Sequence record: NC_005083.2
Reading direction: 5' to 3' (one strand)
DNA length: 64,000 nt
A program made the position numbers and the translations under genes. Shown here piece by piece: positions 3,809 through 13,418 of the stretch (position 1 is its first letter; each line of letters starts with the position of its first letter). Under the pieces are notes generated by a model. It was not told the DNA's origin. It ran no database searches and saw only the letters and a program-made list of their open reading frames with translations.

Positions 3809-5778
3809 TAGTTCACGTTACCTCTTGTAGACGGAATCTTAGCTTCACCGCTTGTAGTCAATGGACGAGTGAAGTTGGTTGTATTTTGCACTGAGCTTAC
3901 AGCGTTGTTGACGAAGTTCGTCCCAACTTCTTTTGTTTGCTGTGCTGCTCTGTATGCTGCTTCACGCGCTGCTACAGCTTCTAAGATTACTGAACGCTTA
4001 ATCTCTTGGAATGGCTTAATCAACCCTTCTTCAATCATACGTTGTCTCTCAGCAGCAACGATAGCGTCTTCTTGCATTTGCTTCTTCTCAACTTCAGCCG
4101 CTAGGAACTTGTCTAGGGATTCAGTTGAACTTGCTAATGACTCGACAGGTCGTTTGATTGCATCGGCAGCGTTCTTAGCACCGTCTATAACCGCTTGTGC
4201 TGTATTCTTAGCACCGTCTACGATCATATCCCCTGCTTTCCCTAGATAGTCAGTTTGATAGCGTGCATTGAGTCTGTCCTTGACTTCAGCCTTGCTTGCG
4301 TCAATACGCGCTCGGTTGCCTTCGATGTCTGCGCCAGCAATGAACTTCTCCATGCCTTCTGACTTCAGAAAATCAGGTAGTGCATTTAATGCATTCACGA
4401 CGAACTCTTTAACGTTTAACATTAGGTCATCTATTGCTAACATAAGAAGTCTGAATGAGTCAGGAATTGATAGCCAACTTGCAATGATCTTATTAACCGC
4501 ATTGACATACATTTGAAACGCACTTCTAACGAAAGAAGTTACTTTCTCGAAGCCAGATACGATTCCCTCAACTGCGCCTTCTGGTACAGCGTCTTTGATG
4601 TTTTCACCAACGATTCCAAACCATTCACCAATCCCTCGAACCATATCCGTGAACCAGTTCGAGATTATACTGAATAGCATTGCTCGTTTTTCGGGGTCGC
4701 TAAAAATGTTCTTCAGTGCGGCGAAGATTCTGTCTAGCTCTTCTTCGAAGATTTTGTAAATACCATAACCTGCAACCATTGCAACTAGAGCCGCTGGGTT
4801 TAGCATTATCGCAACCATTCTACCTAGACCTAAGAATAATTGACGAACAACAGTCCACATCCACCCTTTTATAGTGCCGCTCATATCAGTAGCAAGAGCT
4901 TGAACTATATTACCTGTTCCTTTACTAAACTTACCGAACCCTAGAAGAATGTTAGATGCGATTTTACCGAGCGTTCCGAATTTCGTTGCAGTCGAAGCAG
5001 CCATTGCCATTGATGTACTGAATGTTACCAATTGACCGCCTAACATTACTAACCCAACACCGACAAGTCTGAATAATTTAGCAATCCAGCCTAGTTTTTC
5101 ACCAGCAAGGTGATTCGCGATACGTCGCAGATCACTAGCTTGATTGCGCTGAACTTTCATATTCTCTTTGTAGCGTAGTTGTTCAGTCTTACGATTGCGA
5201 GTTTCGGTAACGACTTGATACGCGAAAATTTTCTTGTACAATGCGCTTATAAAGCCCACAGTCAACGGAGCGTTGTTACCCGCACCGTTCTGTAGAAAAC
5301 TGTTTAAATCGTCGGCAGCCGTCTTCTGAAGCCCTATAACGCGCTTCATGTCGTTGACTCTAAAGATCAGACGTTCAAACCAACGATTAAAGCCCTCCTG
5401 CATACGTGCGAACTGCATTTTTGCAGTTAAGCGCATTTCTTGAATGCCACGATCAATACGAGACAAATGTCCTTTAAAGTCAAGAGTAGTCTTGATAATA
5501 TCCGTTAGTGATATAATCGAAGCACGAACTTTATTGGAAGTTTGCTCAAAGTTTTCGATAACGCGCTGAAACAGATTCTTTTGCTGCGCCACCGCCTTTT
5601 CGTTTGTTTTAAACACCGACTGCATAGTTTCGAGCATAGACGTGGTCGTAATATCAATGTTGTTGATATGACGAGCGACACGCTGCATCGTATAAACTTC
5701 AGGTCGGTCTTCTTGTTGGAGAATGATATGATCTAATCTTCCGATTATCTCATTCATTTTCTTGTCGTCAGCCGCCAT
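3808..5778 (-). CDS. 29: gp29-like baseplate hub / tape-measure protein
   Basis: 656 aa, helical and Ala-rich with hydrophobic central segments; lies in the 54-26-51-x-3 tail operon. Confidence 0.7.
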   Translation of the reverse strand: MAADDKKMNEIIGRLDHIILQQEDRPEVYTMQRVARHINNIDITTTSMLETMQSVFKTNEKAVAQQKNLFQRVIENFEQTSNKVRASIISLTDIIKTTLDFKGHLSRIDRGIQEMRLTAKMQFARMQEGFNRWFERLIFRVNDMKRVIGLQKTAADDLNSFLQNGAGNNAPLTVGFISALYKKIFAYQVVTETRNRKTEQLRYKENMKVQRNQASDLRRIANHLAGEKLGWIAKLFRLVGVGLVMLGGQLVTFSTSMAMAASTATKFGTLGKIASNILLGFGKFSKGTGNIVQALATDMSGTIKGWMWTVVRQLFLGLGRMVAIMLNPAALVAMVAGYGIYKIFEEELDRIFAALKNIFSDPEKRAMLFSIISNWFTDMVRGIGEWFGIVGENIKDAVPEGAVEGIVSGFEKVTSFVRSAFQMYVNAVNKIIASWLSIPDSFRLLMLAIDDLMLNVKEFVVNALNALPDFLKSEGMEKFIAGADIEGNRARIDASKAEVKDRLNARYQTDYLGKAGDMIVDGAKNTAQAVIDGAKNAADAIKRPVESLASSTESLDKFLAAEVEKKQMQEDAIVAAERQRMIEEGLIKPFQEIKRSVILEAVAAREAAYRAAQQTKEVGTNFVNNAVSSVQNTTNFTRPLTTSGEAKIPSTRGNVN

Positions 5779-5945
5779 TATTGTTGTTCCTTATTCTTTT
5801 CTTGAATGTAATGTATAAGCTGTGCGGCATAGATTTCACGCTCGAATAGAACCATCGTTTCTAAGTCGTGAAGAGAAAAATTGCCATGAGTGATCATGGC
5901 AAAGTTTTCCTTGTAATACTCTTCAAGTGAGTATCTACCGAGCAT
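5778..5945 (-). CDS. 51: 55-aa gp51-like hub assembly ORF (MLGRYSLEEYYKENFAMITHGNFSLHDLETMVLFEREIYAAQLIHYIQEKNKEQQ); possibly made as a -1 frameshift extension of gp26
   Basis: Manual translation (below the ORF-track cutoff); TAATG overlaps at both ends; YYKxNF...M...EREIY pattern of short gp51-like ORFs. Confidence 0.8.
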   Translation of the reverse strand: MLGRYSLEEYYKENFAMITHGNFSLHDLETMVLFEREIYAAQLIHYIQEKNKEQQ

Positions 5946-6793
5946 TATACGAAAAAATCTTCGATGCCTCTTAGCGTAACTTTCTCGTGATTACCACACT
6001 TAGGACATTTCACGTCAACGTATGTCGTGATGCGTGGAACTGAATCGACGAATGTCTGAACTTTTTTGAATGCTGCCGTATCAAGTTCGCCCATGATGTT
6101 CACAAGCTGCCCTTGCTCTTCAAGTTCTTCTTTGGTGTAAACAGTATCACCAACATGAACTTCTTTAATTGATTCAACCGCAATATTGAACAGACCTTGT
6201 GGTGTATTCGGGTCGTTGTTCTCATACACTCGAATTGTCGGGTGTTGGAGTTTGATAACAACTTTTGGGTTGACTCGAACTGTATCTTCACCTGTAAATT
6301 CAGGCACGAAAGCAGCTTTCAAGTCGATGTTGGTTCTGATACGCTCACCGCATAAGTGCTTCTCAGGTGCAAACACTGCTTCAATCGCTTCTTCGTTTGA
6401 TTGATTCATAATCTCGGCAAAAATATCATCAGCAGATTTAGCCAGTTCAGCCTCTTCTTCTTCAGAAAGCTTTTGAAGTTCTTCTTCGGACTTCGGAGCA
6501 CAGCAGTTGTATTCTGCTTGAATGTTAGTCACACCGTTACTGTTCATATACATATGCAGAAACAGATACTCAGAGTCACCAACCGTCAGGTCATCCATTT
6601 TGATGTCAGATACAATGCAGTTTTCAAGACACTGTTCGATTGCGTCAATCTTCTCATCAGATTCATTTGCGATAAGCAATGCTTTATGCTCTTTTGCAAG
6701 CATTGCACGCAGTTTAATTTCTTCACCAGTTGATGGTAGTTTTACAGTATATTGTGGCGCAGCAAGTACGCTAATATCAAATGCTTTAGTCAT
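5945..6793 (-). CDS. 26: gp26 baseplate hub assembly chaperone
   Basis: LPSTGEEIKLRAMLAKEHKALL, DSEYLFL, C-terminal CPKCG...LRGIEDFF. Confidence 0.88.
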   Translation of the reverse strand: MTKAFDISVLAAPQYTVKLPSTGEEIKLRAMLAKEHKALLIANESDEKIDAIEQCLENCIVSDIKMDDLTVGDSEYLFLHMYMNSNGVTNIQAEYNCCAPKSEEELQKLSEEEEAELAKSADDIFAEIMNQSNEEAIEAVFAPEKHLCGERIRTNIDLKAAFVPEFTGEDTVRVNPKVVIKLQHPTIRVYENNDPNTPQGLFNIAVESIKEVHVGDTVYTKEELEEQGQLVNIMGELDTAAFKKVQTFVDSVPRITTYVDVKCPKCGNHEKVTLRGIEDFFV

Positions 6794-6804
6794 GATGTTT
6801 TACC

Positions 6805-7551
6805 TTAGAATAGACCTGAAATGGCTTCAGCGCCTGTATTGAAAAAGCTGTTATATGTTTTCTCGAAGTTTTGAGTAATACCCAGTTTATCCGAGATTGT
6901 GCTTGATAGATCTTCAGTCATGTATGTTGCGCTTTCGTAAACAAACTCGACTTCGAATTCAGCCACTGCGTTGTTATTCTCGTATCCTAACTGAACCCCA
7001 CCTACTCGAATTGGATACGCATTCTTCAAGCTAGTCATCGTAACCATTTCTGCGTTACGATTGTATGTGTAAATCTCAATTGTTCGAGCATAGTTCGAGA
7101 AGAAACCGACTTGAGCAGAATCATTCGAATAAATCTGCTTAAACCAACCAAGTAACATTTTACGTTCTGGGTGTGTTGGTGACAGATACAATGACATGGT
7201 CACTGTTTCGTCGGTTTTCGCTTTTACTACGTGATGTGGCTTACGTCGAGTTTTATCTACGTCAGTTTCGTATGACGACCCTGGGATATTAACTGATTTC
7301 ACCATCATTCCGATGTTTCGTTCGAACTCAAACCCTGAGCCGAAAAGAGAAGCAGTTGACGCAAGGGCATCTTGTACCCCTACGCCTTTGATGTCTGAAA
7401 AGTCAGCATTCAAAAATGACTCGCCTGTATTCATCAACTGCTTTGCTGTATCTTGTAGCGATGCAAATCGCACCGCATACAAGTTTTGTCTGGCTAAGTC
7501 GTTCTTTGTAATTTGAGATAAGAACTTCTTAACATCTATTCCGATTGCCAT
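6805..7551 (-). CDS. 54: gp54-like baseplate-tail tube initiator (tube fold)
   Basis: DLARQNLY, VKSVNIPG, AYPIRVGGVQLGYE...EFEVEFVY tube-fold motifs. Confidence 0.75.
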   Translation of the reverse strand: MAIGIDVKKFLSQITKNDLARQNLYAVRFASLQDTAKQLMNTGESFLNADFSDIKGVGVQDALASTASLFGSGFEFERNIGMMVKSVNIPGSSYETDVDKTRRKPHHVVKAKTDETVTMSLYLSPTHPERKMLLGWFKQIYSNDSAQVGFFSNYARTIEIYTYNRNAEMVTMTSLKNAYPIRVGGVQLGYENNNAVAEFEVEFVYESATYMTEDLSSTISDKLGITQNFEKTYNSFFNTGAEAISGLF

Positions 7552-7554
7552 TCG

Positions 7555-8151
7555 TTATCTCCTTCTATAACGATCATCGTAAGCACGAACAGCAGAAATG
7601 TTGCGACCATTTTTAGCAACGAATTGTTGCAATGGCATGTGAATAACGTTGTACCAGTCATGTGGCTTGACTTCTTCAAGCGACCCTTTAATTCGCTTGA
7701 GAATGTATAATTTCACCATATGTTTACTGAACTTGATGTTTTTCACTCGACCCCAATCGATCATTAATCGTGTGGAGTTGCTCACTGTTTTCGTGTTAGC
7801 ATATCTAAGTAATGTGGTTAAAAATTTCTCGCGATCTTTGGGTGGGATGTAATGCAAGTTCAAGCCTAGCATATAGCCTTTTTGTTGCCCCAAGCAGATG
7901 ATGCACGGAAATTTATCCCAGTATGGTAACTGGTGTTTAGTTTTTGCGTCGTACGCGAAAACATACATGTTGCCTTTGTGAGGAACTTGCACTTTTCGAC
8001 TACGAATTGCATCATGAACGCGCTTTTTGAACCACGCCAGTGATTTGCGCTGATTCTTTGCAATTGGAGTACGACCAAGCTCGTGTGTTTGAGCTTTGAA
8101 GCTGTCAAGAAGACTCTCTTTTTTCTTCTTTGCTCTTTCTGGTCTAGCCAT
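7555..8151 (-). CDS. 2: gp2 DNA end protector
   Basis: YDAKTKHQLPYWDKFP, GLNLHYIPP motifs. Confidence 0.95.
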   Translation of the reverse strand: MARPERAKKKKESLLDSFKAQTHELGRTPIAKNQRKSLAWFKKRVHDAIRSRKVQVPHKGNMYVFAYDAKTKHQLPYWDKFPCIICLGQQKGYMLGLNLHYIPPKDREKFLTTLLRYANTKTVSNSTRLMIDWGRVKNIKFSKHMVKLYILKRIKGSLEEVKPHDWYNVIHMPLQQFVAKNGRNISAVRAYDDRYRRR

Positions 8152-8606
8152 TACACTCTCAGTCCTATTAGTTTACGAAGTCCGACTTCAGTCAAGACTT
8201 TGAATTGCCATCCCTTCTGCTTTGCGAATTTAATCGCAGCAGCCCACTTATCTTGGTTTACTTGATACGTATATATCTCTTTCAGTAAACGCTTCTTAGC
8301 TTTTTCAGTAAGTCTCTGTGGTTTCTCGGGTGGCAACGTTTCTTTGTTGGGTTTGATCTCGAATATGAATTCTCGACCGTCACTGAACTTCACGTAAAAG
8401 TCCATGAAATATCTACGTTTTTTCCCACCGTCAGCAGAACTAACATAAGGGATAACGATTTCTTCAGAGTTCCAGCGAACTACATGCGGGTTGTTGTCAC
8501 ACCAGCGCATGAAAGACAATTCCCATGAGCTTCTGTACTCAATTTTCTGATAGTTGCCTTTGTATTTCGATTTGTTTGTTGGAACGTATTTGCCAGAATA
8601 TGCCAT
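8151..8606 (-). CDS. 4: gp4 head completion nuclease
   Basis: YRSSWELSFMRWCD, WNSEEIVIPY, RYFMDF, EIKP motifs. Confidence 0.95.
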   Translation of the reverse strand: MAYSGKYVPTNKSKYKGNYQKIEYRSSWELSFMRWCDNNPHVVRWNSEEIVIPYVSSADGGKKRRYFMDFYVKFSDGREFIFEIKPNKETLPPEKPQRLTEKAKKRLLKEIYTYQVNQDKWAAAIKFAKQKGWQFKVLTEVGLRKLIGLRV

Positions 8607-8672
8607 AAAACGCCTCCTTTCATTTATTTAGTATCGAGTCTAAATACAGATATATTTTAAAGGAGATCTAAC

Positions 8673-9812
8673 ATGGGATTTTTAAGTTACGTCGGTCTTA
8701 ACGGAAAACAAAGTGATACTCTTGATCGTGTACTGTCTTTTGATGGGGGCGTTGAAAGTAGCACAACTGAGATTACCCAAGACACAGATCAGGGCAGAGT
8801 TAGCACGTCTAATATAGTTGCACTGACATATCCGCCCAATCTTGGCGCGAGATCTGGACACTCGAACTTTTTTATTTTTCGAGCGTATGACTTGGCTAGC
8901 ACAACAAAGCAACATTACACTGACATGCGGCAGTCATTCACAGCATCATCGAAAGAATCTAAGCAGGCGTCTGAAATTCCTAGTGAGTTGATGGCAACTA
9001 TGGCTCTTTACGCGCCAAACTTAGTTGAAGAAGTTTCGCATGAATATGACAAAACACCGACTTCAGTTTTAAATGACTTCTTAGCCGCAGCCGCTACAGC
9101 AGCCGGTGCAGATACTGTTTCTCAGGGTGTAGAAGCGGGTAAGAAAGCCGTAGCAACCGCAGCCGGTGCTACGTTAGCACAGATCAAGCGTTCATTCATT
9201 CAATCAAATGCTGCCGGTCAGCTTGAGAAGAACAGCAGCGTAGTTACGGATAACGTTACTGTAACTGCATACAAAGGGACCGCTCAACGTCAGCAAACAT
9301 TGATGTATCAATTTCACCCGAAATCACTAGATGAACTGAAGATCGTCGGTGAGGTCATTAAAACATTCTATCGACTTTCTCTACCAGTGAAAGGTCAGAT
9401 TAGTTCTGATTTGCTAGATACTGGTAATGCTGCATTAGGTTCAGGGTTTTCAAATGGCTTTGCGAAGTATGCAACGCTATTGAAAACGCCGCCAGTGTGG
9501 ATGATTGAAGAAGTTTCAGATGTTGACGCGACACGATACACCCCGCGATTCGTTTTCGGACCTGCGGGTATCACGTCAGTGAAATTAAACAGAACACCAG
9601 ATCAGTATTGGCGCACATTTCGCGGTACAGCAGGCGACCCAGCAGGTATTGAACTTGAAGTAACGTTCACTGAGCTTATCCCTATGGATCGTGCAATGTA
9701 CGAGCGAGATCAAGCAAGTAGCATTCGTGGTTACGACAATGGTACCACTACTGCAAGTGGTAACCGTAATGATTCTGGTTCATTCTTTGGTGATATTGGG
9801 AGTTTATTCTAA
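8673..9812 (+). CDS. 48: gp48 baseplate tail tube cap
   Basis: Tube-like fold (ITSVKLNRTPD, IELEVTFTEL); first gene of the 48-53-27-5 block; CTAAATA late-type promoter upstream. Confidence 0.75.
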   Translation: MGFLSYVGLNGKQSDTLDRVLSFDGGVESSTTEITQDTDQGRVSTSNIVALTYPPNLGARSGHSNFFIFRAYDLASTTKQHYTDMRQSFTASSKESKQASEIPSELMATMALYAPNLVEEVSHEYDKTPTSVLNDFLAAAATAAGADTVSQGVEAGKKAVATAAGATLAQIKRSFIQSNAAGQLEKNSSVVTDNVTVTAYKGTAQRQQTLMYQFHPKSLDELKIVGEVIKTFYRLSLPVKGQISSDLLDTGNAALGSGFSNGFAKYATLLKTPPVWMIEEVSDVDATRYTPRFVFGPAGITSVKLNRTPDQYWRTFRGTAGDPAGIELEVTFTELIPMDRAMYERDQASSIRGYDNGTTTASGNRNDSGSFFGDIGSLF

Positions 9813-10390
9813 TGATTTTCGCGATATTTGACAAGACTGAATATCTTGGTGTTGAAACTGCGAATATTTTCAAGAATTTGAATTATTATCATAAGCAGAT
9901 CATCCCATCATTCACGACTATTCAGTACAAAATCAGGGGCGACTATCGCCCTGAACAGATTGCATATGAACTGTATGGCGATACGTCGTTATACTGGTTG
10001 ATTATGCTTCTAAACGAACGAGTTGACCCTTTTTATGATTGGGTTCAGCCCAACGAATCGGTTTCTGAGAACGCTATTTATCGTTATCAGTTTATTGGCG
10101 GCAACGAGCAAGTTCATCATCACGTAGATGAGCAAGGTCGATGGTGGTATGACGTGGTCGAAGACCCAGAAAATCCTCGAAATTGGTACAATAAATTCGA
10201 TTGGGAAAACAACGCGCCTGAAGAAGGGCAGGAAGATTATCGTGAGCTTCTATATCACGGCGTGATGATCCCTGTTTCCGTTGACGAATATGAATTCAAC
10301 CGAAACGAAGAAAATCGCGTAATCAATGTACTATCGAGGGATGATGTTAGTACTTACATTAGCACATTCATGAAATTAGCAGGGGTATAA
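9812..10390 (+). CDS. 53: gp53 baseplate wedge subunit (LysM-like)
   Basis: RPEQIAYELYGDTSLYWLIMLLN...DPFYDW motif. Confidence 0.93.
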   Translation: MIFAIFDKTEYLGVETANIFKNLNYYHKQIIPSFTTIQYKIRGDYRPEQIAYELYGDTSLYWLIMLLNERVDPFYDWVQPNESVSENAIYRYQFIGGNEQVHHHVDEQGRWWYDVVEDPENPRNWYNKFDWENNAPEEGQEDYRELLYHGVMIPVSVDEYEFNRNEENRVINVLSRDDVSTYISTFMKLAGV

Positions 10391-10391
10391 C

Positions 10392-11663
10392 ATGTTTGAA
10401 ATGCGCTCCGCTAACCCAATTGAGAACTTTGTGGTTAGCAAGATTCACATACGCGGTCTTGATTTTGCAGCGTCGGTGGAGAATGAAATCACACACATGG
10501 AAATTTATGAATCGCTTAACGGGTTGGTTTCTGGCATGTTCATGTTCAAGGATTCGATTGGCGTCGTTGACACAATTCGAATGACTGGGTTTGAAGCAAT
10601 TGACGTTGAATTTGCGTCGTATGTCGGGGAGCAAGCAAACCGAGTCTATCAAAAATCATTTCGTGCAACGGGTATTTCTAGAATGCCCGCACGTACTGGT
10701 GGGTTTGAGACTGTATTGGTGCGTTTCACAAATAACTTACTGACTCTTAACGATTACGTTAAACGACCTTATGTATTCAAGAAGACTAGTATTTCGAATA
10801 TCATAAAAGCGATTTTGGATAATCTGGGCGATGAGAAGCCAGAATATGAAATTGAAACGTCTTTATATCAACGTGATTTTGTGACGAAGATTGGTAAACC
10901 GTACGACATTATTAAAAGTATCGTCGATCATGCTAGTACAGACGTGAATAACAGTTGTAAATTCATGTTCTATGAAGACCGCGACTCAGTTAAATTCGCA
11001 TCACTTGGGTCAATTCGTGACAAAGAATATGAATACATCATCCGTAAGGGTGCTGATACGGGCGATGGTAAATGGACTTCTGGCAACACGAATACAATTA
11101 CAGCATTGCGGGTTGTGGTGAAGGAACAATCTAATATGCACGAGATTTCTAGTGGTTTATTCGGATCTAGAACATATTCGCATAGTTTAATTCGGAAGAA
11201 ATTGACTACAAAAGATGTTCGTAGAAATGATTATATTGCTCAAGTTGGAATTTTGAATGACCGCGCTCATATGTACACTAATGAACTTGAGTTTGCAAGC
11301 GAAGTTCCTGAAACTGAGCAGCCATTAAACAGCATTCAGCTACTCCCGAACGATGGTTTTTACGAACATGACAACAAACACCCACTGGGGTCTATTCACG
11401 GCGTATCTCTTATGGAGGAGACGTATTTGAAAGCTAAACAGATCATCGTTGAAATACCCGGGAACACTAACATCACGGTTGGTGACGTTGTATTTCTTGA
11501 TTATCACGCGGTGACTGGTGAGAATCATTCTAGTTTAGACGCATCGGGTCGTTGGATTGTTCATGAGTTGAAGCACCGTGTTGAACCCAACTCATTTATA
11601 ACTACTCTTGAATTGTCTAGTGATTCATCGGTTAATATCGCAATTGCGGGGAGCAAGAAATAA
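10392..11663 (+). CDS. 27: gp27-like baseplate hub trimer
   Basis: 423 aa directly upstream of gp5; FMFYED, EIPGNTNITVGD, GRWIVHELKH motifs of the gp27/VgrG hub fold. Confidence 0.85.
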   Translation: MFEMRSANPIENFVVSKIHIRGLDFAASVENEITHMEIYESLNGLVSGMFMFKDSIGVVDTIRMTGFEAIDVEFASYVGEQANRVYQKSFRATGISRMPARTGGFETVLVRFTNNLLTLNDYVKRPYVFKKTSISNIIKAILDNLGDEKPEYEIETSLYQRDFVTKIGKPYDIIKSIVDHASTDVNNSCKFMFYEDRDSVKFASLGSIRDKEYEYIIRKGADTGDGKWTSGNTNTITALRVVVKEQSNMHEISSGLFGSRTYSHSLIRKKLTTKDVRRNDYIAQVGILNDRAHMYTNELEFASEVPETEQPLNSIQLLPNDGFYEHDNKHPLGSIHGVSLMEETYLKAKQIIVEIPGNTNITVGDVVFLDYHAVTGENHSSLDASGRWIVHELKHRVEPNSFITTLELSSDSSVNIAIAGSKK

Positions 11664-12928
11664 TGTTTATGGGATTAGATGGGTTTGAGTGGTGGACTGG
11701 CGTTGTCGAAGATCGAACAACCGACCCACTCAAACTTGGTAGAATTAAAGTTCGAATGATTGGTCTGCACCCAGATAAGAAAAGTTCAGAACAAGGTATT
11801 CGAACTGAAGAACTGCTTTGGGTTCATCCCATGCAGTCTCTTGATAATGCAGCAATGAACGGAATCGGGAATGCTCCTATAGGCGTCGTTGAGGGAACGT
11901 GGGTTTTTGGTTTCTTCAGAGACAAGTTGCGTCAAGATGCAGTCGCCATGGGTGTATTGCCCGGGATTCCCGAAGATTTGCCGAACGGTAGCGTTGGGTT
12001 TAATGACCCGAATGAGAAATATCCGTTAGCAGATAAGCTTAATGAGCCAGATACAAACCGTCTAGCTCGTAATGACGTTGATCCTGACGTATATGACGAA
12101 AGTCAATCTCAGACTGCGTTTGATAACGGTGAAGCGCCTTATGTATATCGACCGCACCCGATCATTGCAAGTAAAAGAGCGGCTGAAGAGAAAGAAATCC
12201 CACTTGCTGGTTACAATGCAGAGGGTCCGAAGTACGATGAGAAAGGCACGCCGTATGCAGCACAGTATCCGTACAATCATGTTCGTGAATCAGAATCAGG
12301 ACACATTCATGAGATTGATGACACAGAGGGAGCAGAGCGTCTTCATACGTATCACAGAACTGGAACGTTTGAAGAAATTCACCCAGATGGTAGTCGAGTG
12401 ACAAAGATTATAGGCGATGATTTTGAGATTGTACATAAGAATCAAAATGTGTACATCAAAGGCAACTTGAATATCACCGTTGTTGGCGACGCGACTTTTT
12501 ACTGTCAGCAAAACGTTACTCAACAGATTGACGGGGACTTGAAACAGCACGTCAAGGGTAATGTTGATCAGCACGTCGAAATGAACGTGACTCAAACAGT
12601 TGACAAAGACGTTACGCAAGTCGTTCATCAGAACGTTACACAAACCGTCGATATGAATGTCACTCAGACAGTGCATCAGAACGTTACACAGACGGTTGAC
12701 GGGGATGTTAATCAAACTGTGGGCGGTAACGTTCAAAGTAACGTCACGGGCGATTACACGCAGAATATCAGCGGTAATTACACAATCACAGTGGGCGGTT
12801 CTATGTCTGAAAGTGTTAGTTCATCGTATACTCGTTCAGCAGCATCAATAAGTGATGATGGTGGTGGCGCAACTTTGAATTTAGCAGGTTCAGCAGCATT
12901 GGACGGCACAACAGTAAGTCTAGGTTAA
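11663..12928 (+). CDS. 5: gp5 cell-puncturing spike (OB fold plus beta-helix, no lysozyme domain)
   Basis: GVVEDRTTDPLKLGRIKVR, YPYNHVRESESGH, 8-residue VxxNVTQT repeats. Confidence 0.95.
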   Translation: MFMGLDGFEWWTGVVEDRTTDPLKLGRIKVRMIGLHPDKKSSEQGIRTEELLWVHPMQSLDNAAMNGIGNAPIGVVEGTWVFGFFRDKLRQDAVAMGVLPGIPEDLPNGSVGFNDPNEKYPLADKLNEPDTNRLARNDVDPDVYDESQSQTAFDNGEAPYVYRPHPIIASKRAAEEKEIPLAGYNAEGPKYDEKGTPYAAQYPYNHVRESESGHIHEIDDTEGAERLHTYHRTGTFEEIHPDGSRVTKIIGDDFEIVHKNQNVYIKGNLNITVVGDATFYCQQNVTQQIDGDLKQHVKGNVDQHVEMNVTQTVDKDVTQVVHQNVTQTVDMNVTQTVHQNVTQTVDGDVNQTVGGNVQSNVTGDYTQNISGNYTITVGGSMSESVSSSYTRSAASISDDGGGATLNLAGSAALDGTTVSLG

Positions 12929-12932
12929 TTGA

Positions 12933-13418
12933 ATGGCTAGTATTACACCAACAACATTGCCAATCATTGCAGAGGGTGAGAACGTCGATGTGACGTTCTT
13001 CGCTGTTATGGATGAAGGCGAAACATTGGTTGACATAAACATCACGAATTTTATACCAAATACGGGCATCACGATTGAGGGTGCTCGTTATTACGGTCAG
13101 TATCAGGATTCGTTTGATTTGGGACCAAGTGGCTTGAAGTATCGCGACACGCGAGACAATAGCTATCATGAAGTGAGTAAATTCAGTGATTTGCCAGCGA
13201 ATCCGGCTCATGGTCACGTGTATCGCTTCGAAGCGCCTAGTCCGCTGTCAACTGATTACACATACGAAGTCACAGTCAATTACGAGTATGAAGATCCACT
13301 TGTGCCTGGTGTTATCGAAGAGCGTCAGCTAATCGAAACGTTCAGTCAGACCGTAAAGGGTAAATGGGATAATTGGGCACAGCAACTTAGAGATTATATA
13401 GCAGCGGGAGGTAATTAA
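12933..13418 (+). CDS. gp5.1-like conserved baseplate-associated protein
   Basis: 161 aa between gp5 and the PAAR gene; assignment by synteny only. Confidence 0.6.
   Translation: MASITPTTLPIIAEGENVDVTFFAVMDEGETLVDINITNFIPNTGITIEGARYYGQYQDSFDLGPSGLKYRDTRDNSYHEVSKFSDLPANPAHGHVYRFEAPSPLSTDYTYEVTVNYEYEDPLVPGVIEERQLIETFSQTVKGKWDNWAQQLRDYIAAGGN

Noticed and set aside
12500-12800. 24-bp nucleotide repeats
   Set aside because: They encode the ordinary 8-residue beta-helix repeats of gp5; not a separate DNA element.
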